NCBI RefSeq assembly: GCF_028641065.1
Contig: NC_073389.1
Location: forward strand, 27,714,001-27,778,000
Reading direction: 5' to 3'
Origin: Leucoraja erinacea
Taxonomy: Eukaryota
Length of the DNA: 64,000 bases
Shown: piece after piece, positions 59,006-64,000 of the stretch
Numbering within the stretch: position 1 is the stretch's first letter
How the letters are laid out: the number at the start of each line of letters is the position of its first letter
The notes under the pieces: generated by a model
The model's database searches: none
What the model saw: only the letters and a program-made list of their open reading frames with translations
Told to the model about the DNA's origin: nothing
Translations under genes and position numbers: made by a program

Positions 59006-59204
59006 TCAAGGTCAAAGGTCAAAAACTTTATTTGCCATTTGTGCTTACACACATAGGAACTCTTGTGCGGTTGTTCAGAGAGTCAAGTCAAGTTAAAAAG
59101 ACACACAGAAGACACTTAATCTATAAAAACATATACTTCTCTAGAACTAAAATATAGCTTTCCATGCTATATCTCAAAACTAAGTCCATAGAACAGTTCA
59201 GGTC

Positions 59205-60120
59205 AGGAACAGGCCCTTCCAGGCACCCACCACTCTGTGTATGAAACAAAAATAACCTGCCCTGTACATCTCCTTTAAACTTTGGCCCTCTCGCCTTAAA
59301 GCTATGCATGCCCTCTGGCCTTTGACATTTCCACACTCGTAAAATGTTCTGACTGTCTACCCAATCTATGTTTCTGATACTTTTAAAGACTTCTATCAGG
59401 TCTCCCCTCAACCTATGATGCTCCAGAGAAAACAATCCTAACTATCCAATTGTCTTAGCTAGTCCCATTTGCCCGCGTTTCGTCCATATCCTAATCTCTC
59501 CTATCTGTGTACCTGTCCAAATGTCTTTTAAATGCTGTTATTCTACCCACCTCAACTGCATCCCATGGCAACGCGTTCCAAATATCCATCCTCTGTGTGA
59601 AAAGGTTGCCCCTCAGGTTCCTATTAAATCTTACCCTTGTCATATTAACCCTATGTCCTCTAGTTCATGATTCTCCTTCCGTGGGAATAAGACAGTGCAT
59701 TCACCCCATCTATTCCCCTTGTGATTTTATACACTTATAAAAGAACAGCCTCCTTGCCCCACACATCTCCTTTAAACTTTCCCCTTTCAACTTAATGCTA
59801 TGCCCTCTAGTCTTCGAAATTTCCACCCTAGTAAAAAGGTTCTCTGACTGTCTATCGTATCTATGCCTCTCGTCATTTTATATACTTCAGGTTTCCCACA
59901 ACCTCCAAATAACTAGACAAAACAATCCAAATTAACCGAACCTCTCCTATAGGTAATACCCTCTTATCCAGGCACCATTCTAGTAAACTTCTTCTGCACC
60001 CTCATCAAGCCTGCACATCCTTCCTGTAATGGGTCGACCAGAACTGCACGCAATACTCCAAATGTGGTCTAACCAAAGTCTTATAGAGTTGCTTCACGAA
60101 TCTCTGACTCATACTCAATG
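59205..60120 (-). mobile_element. cluster of old CR1 3' fragments
   Basis: [28 protein letters not shown] remnants. Confidence 0.7.
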
Positions 60121-60587
60121 TCTCGTCCGATGAAGGCACGCGATCTACTTGTGTTGCCATTATCAAGAAGCTGTAGGGCTGCACACCAAGATGCAAGAAT
60201 ACTTGATATTGAACATGCACGGAAGGTTTGTACTGTATGGGGTAAGTTCATCACAGACCAAGATCATCACCTCCAAGATAAGATGCTCCAAAGGTCTAAA
60301 GTTGTTTTTGAATCAAGATGACATCTTAATTCTAACCAGTACACAGGGGAAATGGTCAAAAGACCTTCAGCATTATATACAAACCCAAATGCAATGTTGT
60401 ACTTAGGCAGTAAACCATTTCAATCAGGTGATGTCTGTGTGTGGAGTTTGCACGTTCTTCCTGTGACTGTGTGGGTTTTCTCTGGGTACTCTGGTTTCCG
60501 CCCACATTGCAGGTTTGTAGGTTAATTGGCTTCTGTAAATTACCCCTGGTATGCAGGGATGAGAAAGTGGGATAACATAGAACTAGT

Positions 60588-60717
60588 NNNNNNNNNNNNN
60601 NNNNNNNNNNNNNNNNNNNNNNNNNNNNNNNNNNNNNNNNNNNNNNNNNNNNNNNNNNNNNNNNNNNNNNNNNNNNNNNNNNNNNNNNNNNNNNNNNNNN
60701 NNNNNNNNNNNNNNNNN
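60588..60717. other. assembly gap (130 N)
   Basis: Run of N. Confidence 1.
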
Positions 60718-61659
60718 ATTGTTTGTTTTATGTGTGTGTGTGTATACATATGAATGTACACACACACATGAAACAAACAATAAAAGTACAAAAAGACAAA
60801 ACTTATTTTTGTTTTATTGTATGTGTATCTGTATGTGTATGTGTATGTATATATATACACACACACATACAGACACACACACACACATACACACATACAT
60901 ACTGTACATCCATAAAACAAACAAAAGAAAGACAAATCCAATGTGTGTAAATGCTGCTGCACTGTAGATGGTACAGGGTGAGGTTTCACCCGCTGCTAAT
61001 TGTTGCTCATTTAAGCATCATTTCCCGCACTGATCTGATTTGGCAGCATTGATGTTAAGCCAGCATTGTGTGTTCATTGCTATCACAGTCTGTTAATTCC
61101 AGATAATAGCATCGGGTAATGACCGCAGAGACAGCGATGCCTTTAGCAACAACGCAATTGCCACAATTCATGCTGTAAATGTCCACAGACGTTCATCTCA
61201 CGCCAACATGGACACCAGTCAGCTAAGTTTCGCTCAAACAAAGGGCCCCATTTCGCGCATTGTGCATCTTAGGAATTTGCAGCAGGGCATAAAGAATTGA
61301 AGAATAAAGCATAAAGAATAGAAAATAATTCATTTTGCAGCGATGTGGTTCAACAGTGAGAGGAAGTTGGGGAAATACATTTTAGAGAAAGGTAAAACTA
61401 AAATGGTATCTAAAATGGTATTTATCAGCTGCATGGAAGCAAAGCAAGAACACATTTCCTGCCAAAATGGTGTCAGACACAGAACAATAATTTTTGTCCC
61501 TGGGTAAATGAAACACAGGGACATGTGACACCCAACTTACACAGCAGCCTCGGCAAGGGCAGTAGCATAACAAGCGACTAGTCTCACCCCGGTCACTCCC
61601 TCTCCAGCTCAACCACGCTGCTTCGGCAAGGCCAGCAGCATAACCATGGACCAGTCAAC

Positions 61660-62005
61660 AGACAATAAGTGCAGGAGTAGGCCATTTGATTCAATGTGAT
61701 CATGGCTGATCATCCCCAATCAGTACCCCGTTCCTGCCTTCTCCCTATATCCCCTGACTCCGCTATTTTTAAGAGCCCTATCTAGCTCTCTCTTGAAAGC
61801 ATCCAGAGAACCTGCCTCCACCGCCCTCTGAGGCAGAGAATTCCAGAGACTCACCACTCTCTGTGAGAAAAAGTGTTTCCTCGTCTCCGTTCTAAACGGC
61901 TTACTCCTTATTCTTAAACTGTGACCCCTGGTTCTGGACTTCCCCAACATCGGGAACATGTTTCCTGCCTCTAGTGTGTCCAAGCCCTTAACAATCTTAT
62001 ATGTC
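61660..62005 (-). mobile_element. CR1 3' fragment
   Basis: TRGHSLRI...FFSQRVVSLWNSLP...FKRELD. Confidence 0.8.
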
Positions 62006-63451
62006 TCACCCCAGTCACTTGCTCTTCTCTCCTCTCCATTTCCACCACACTGCCTGGCAAGGCCAGCAGCATAATCAAGGACAAGTCGCACCCTGACCAC
62101 TCCCTCTTCTCCCTTCTCCCATCAGGCAAATAGTACAGGAAGTGTGAATATGCACACCTCCAGATTCAGGGACAGTTTCTTCCCAGCTATTATTATCCTA
62201 CCAACAACTAGAGAGCAGTCCAGAGCTACTATCCACCTCATTAGAGACCCTTGGACTTTCTTTGATTGGACTTTATCTTGCACAAAACGTTATTCACATT
62301 ATTCCCTTTATCCTGCAGCTGTGCACTGTGGATGGCCCGATTGTAATCATGTATTGGGGTGTCCCGCTAATTTGATGCTGTATGTAAGGAAAATCCGTAA
62401 TTCTATCCCATTTCTTCTTTTTCGATATTGTTTATAAACATAATCCTCATAAATAAAAATTAAACTTCAAATGAATAAAGTGTTATTTTTTTATTTTTTT
62501 TCCCGATGTTCGATTCCCCCCCCGCCCCCCCCCCCGCCCCCCCCCCCCCCCCCCCCCCCCCCAAAACCACATGGCCCGATGGTTACTTGTGAAATTTCAA
62601 GTCGGCATATTTATTTAATGGGTGGTCTATCTGAAATACTTTTAAACAGTAGGTATTAATAGTTAAAATATTTTTCACACTTTTAAAAATTCCTCTATTC
62701 TTGATAAAATTATAAATCTTACCGTTTTTTTCAAAAATTCCTTGTCCCAACGATTGGGATAATTTTCCGTCACTCACCTTTGTTGAGCCATGCCATATGG
62801 ATTTAAATGGAATAGACTTCCGCCCTCAAAACACCGCGGTATTTGAAAGTCCCCTACCTTGTGAATTTCTCTTGATCCGCTTTTTGCTGTGTAACGGGCG
62901 AGTACCTTTCAACAGCGCCACCTCCGAACGGTGTTGAACTCTTAGAAAATCACAAACATTCCATTCTCTCCCCCCCCTCTGTCTCAACCCCCCCTTTCCC
63001 CATCTCACATCCCCTCCTCTCTCTCCCTCCCTCCCCCTCTCTCTCCTTCCCACGCAGCGAGGCTCCGACTCCGCGCCGCAAACACCGCACCCCGGCCCGG
63101 AGAAACGGGCACTCCCACAACACCGTACTCCCACAACGCAATATTCCACTACTTACCTGGAGTAGAAACCTAGGATATTTGGTAGACACGAGGCATCGAG
63201 GTGATTATGTGGAGTGCAAATGGAAATCTGAACCCGCCTGGGTCCACTGCGCACGCACGGAGAGACAGCGTCATTTTGTGTCACCGGCTTCCCCCAACTG
63301 CCAGTGTGATGGTCGCAATTTTTCCCCAAAAAATTCCAGCTTGCTGGAACCAGAATATCGGGTAATATTTGTTAAAGTGGAAACGCTGATAGAGCTCCAA
63401 TTTGTTTCTCTGGATTTCTTTTACTCTGGCTGAAAAAAATACCCTGGCTGT

Positions 63452-63582
63452 AGGCCCCCTAGATTTGAGGCCCTAGGCTTCAGCCTATGAAGCCTATAAG
63501 TAAATCCGGCCCTGCCGAGGCCCCCCTAGATCTCGAGGCCCTAAGCTTAAGCTTGTGAAGTTTACACATAAATCCGGCCCTG
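63452..63582. mobile_element. two tandem hAT-like terminal fragments
   Basis: GGCCCC(C)TAGAT..GAGGCCCTA..TAAATCCGGCCCTG twice (reverse complement CAGGGCCGGATTTA). Confidence 0.5.
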
Positions 63583-64000
63583 CACAACCTGTTTTCCTTT
63601 GCTTCAGGGCAGCACTGTGGCACGGCGATTGAGTGCTGACACGTATTCAAAGCAAATTTTCACTGGCACTGGAAGAAGTCTCTTCAACCAATTTAGTCAG
63701 CTTGGGCAAGTTAAGATGCAGACAGAAATACAGGCCACTGTGTAACCACAATGTCAACTAAATCAGAAATGAACTGTAGATGGAAATGAACATGAGCAAC
63801 TAAAATTGATCTTGCGAAAAAATCAATTTAATGACAAATGACACAATTGATAAGGGGAGTTGTTGAGACATAAAGTCATGCAGCACAGAACTAGACCCTT
63901 TGATCCAAGTCGTCCATGCTAACCAAGATGCCCCATCTACACTAGTCCCACCTGCCCATGTTTGGCTCGTATCCCACTAAACCTTTTAAATGTTTTTACA

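Overview
Repeat-dense vertebrate genomic DNA. The repeat complement (HE1-type V-SINEs, CR1, Rex1/Babar, Penelope) points to a cartilaginous fish, probably a skate or ray. I can reconstruct one protein-coding gene, on the + strand: an EWI-family immunoglobulin-superfamily type I membrane protein. Its coding exons are a signal-peptide exon (15976-16045), seven symmetric phase-1 V-type Ig exons (27216-45434) and a TM/cytoplasmic exon (53039-53256). All junctions are GT-AG and in frame, giving 3087 nt / 1028 aa. Seven domains plus the C-terminal sequence favour CD101 (IGSF2) over the 8-domain IGSF3. The rest of the window is mostly transposon-derived: tRNA-derived V-SINEs, CR1, Rex1/Babar, L2 and Tx1 LINE pieces, Penelope-like elements, MITEs and non-autonomous Helitrons. 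The Penelope-like elements include GIY-YIG remnants and many short, often fold-back copies with minimal hammerhead-ribozyme cores. There is a 130-N assembly gap. Most notable observations: a recursive-splice-site configuration at exon 4, the dense hammerhead-bearing Penelope derivatives, a perfect 58-bp hairpin nested in a TIR element upstream of the start codon, and twin young CR1 copies bracketing two in-frame Ig exons. Family assignments come from motif recognition, not database searches.
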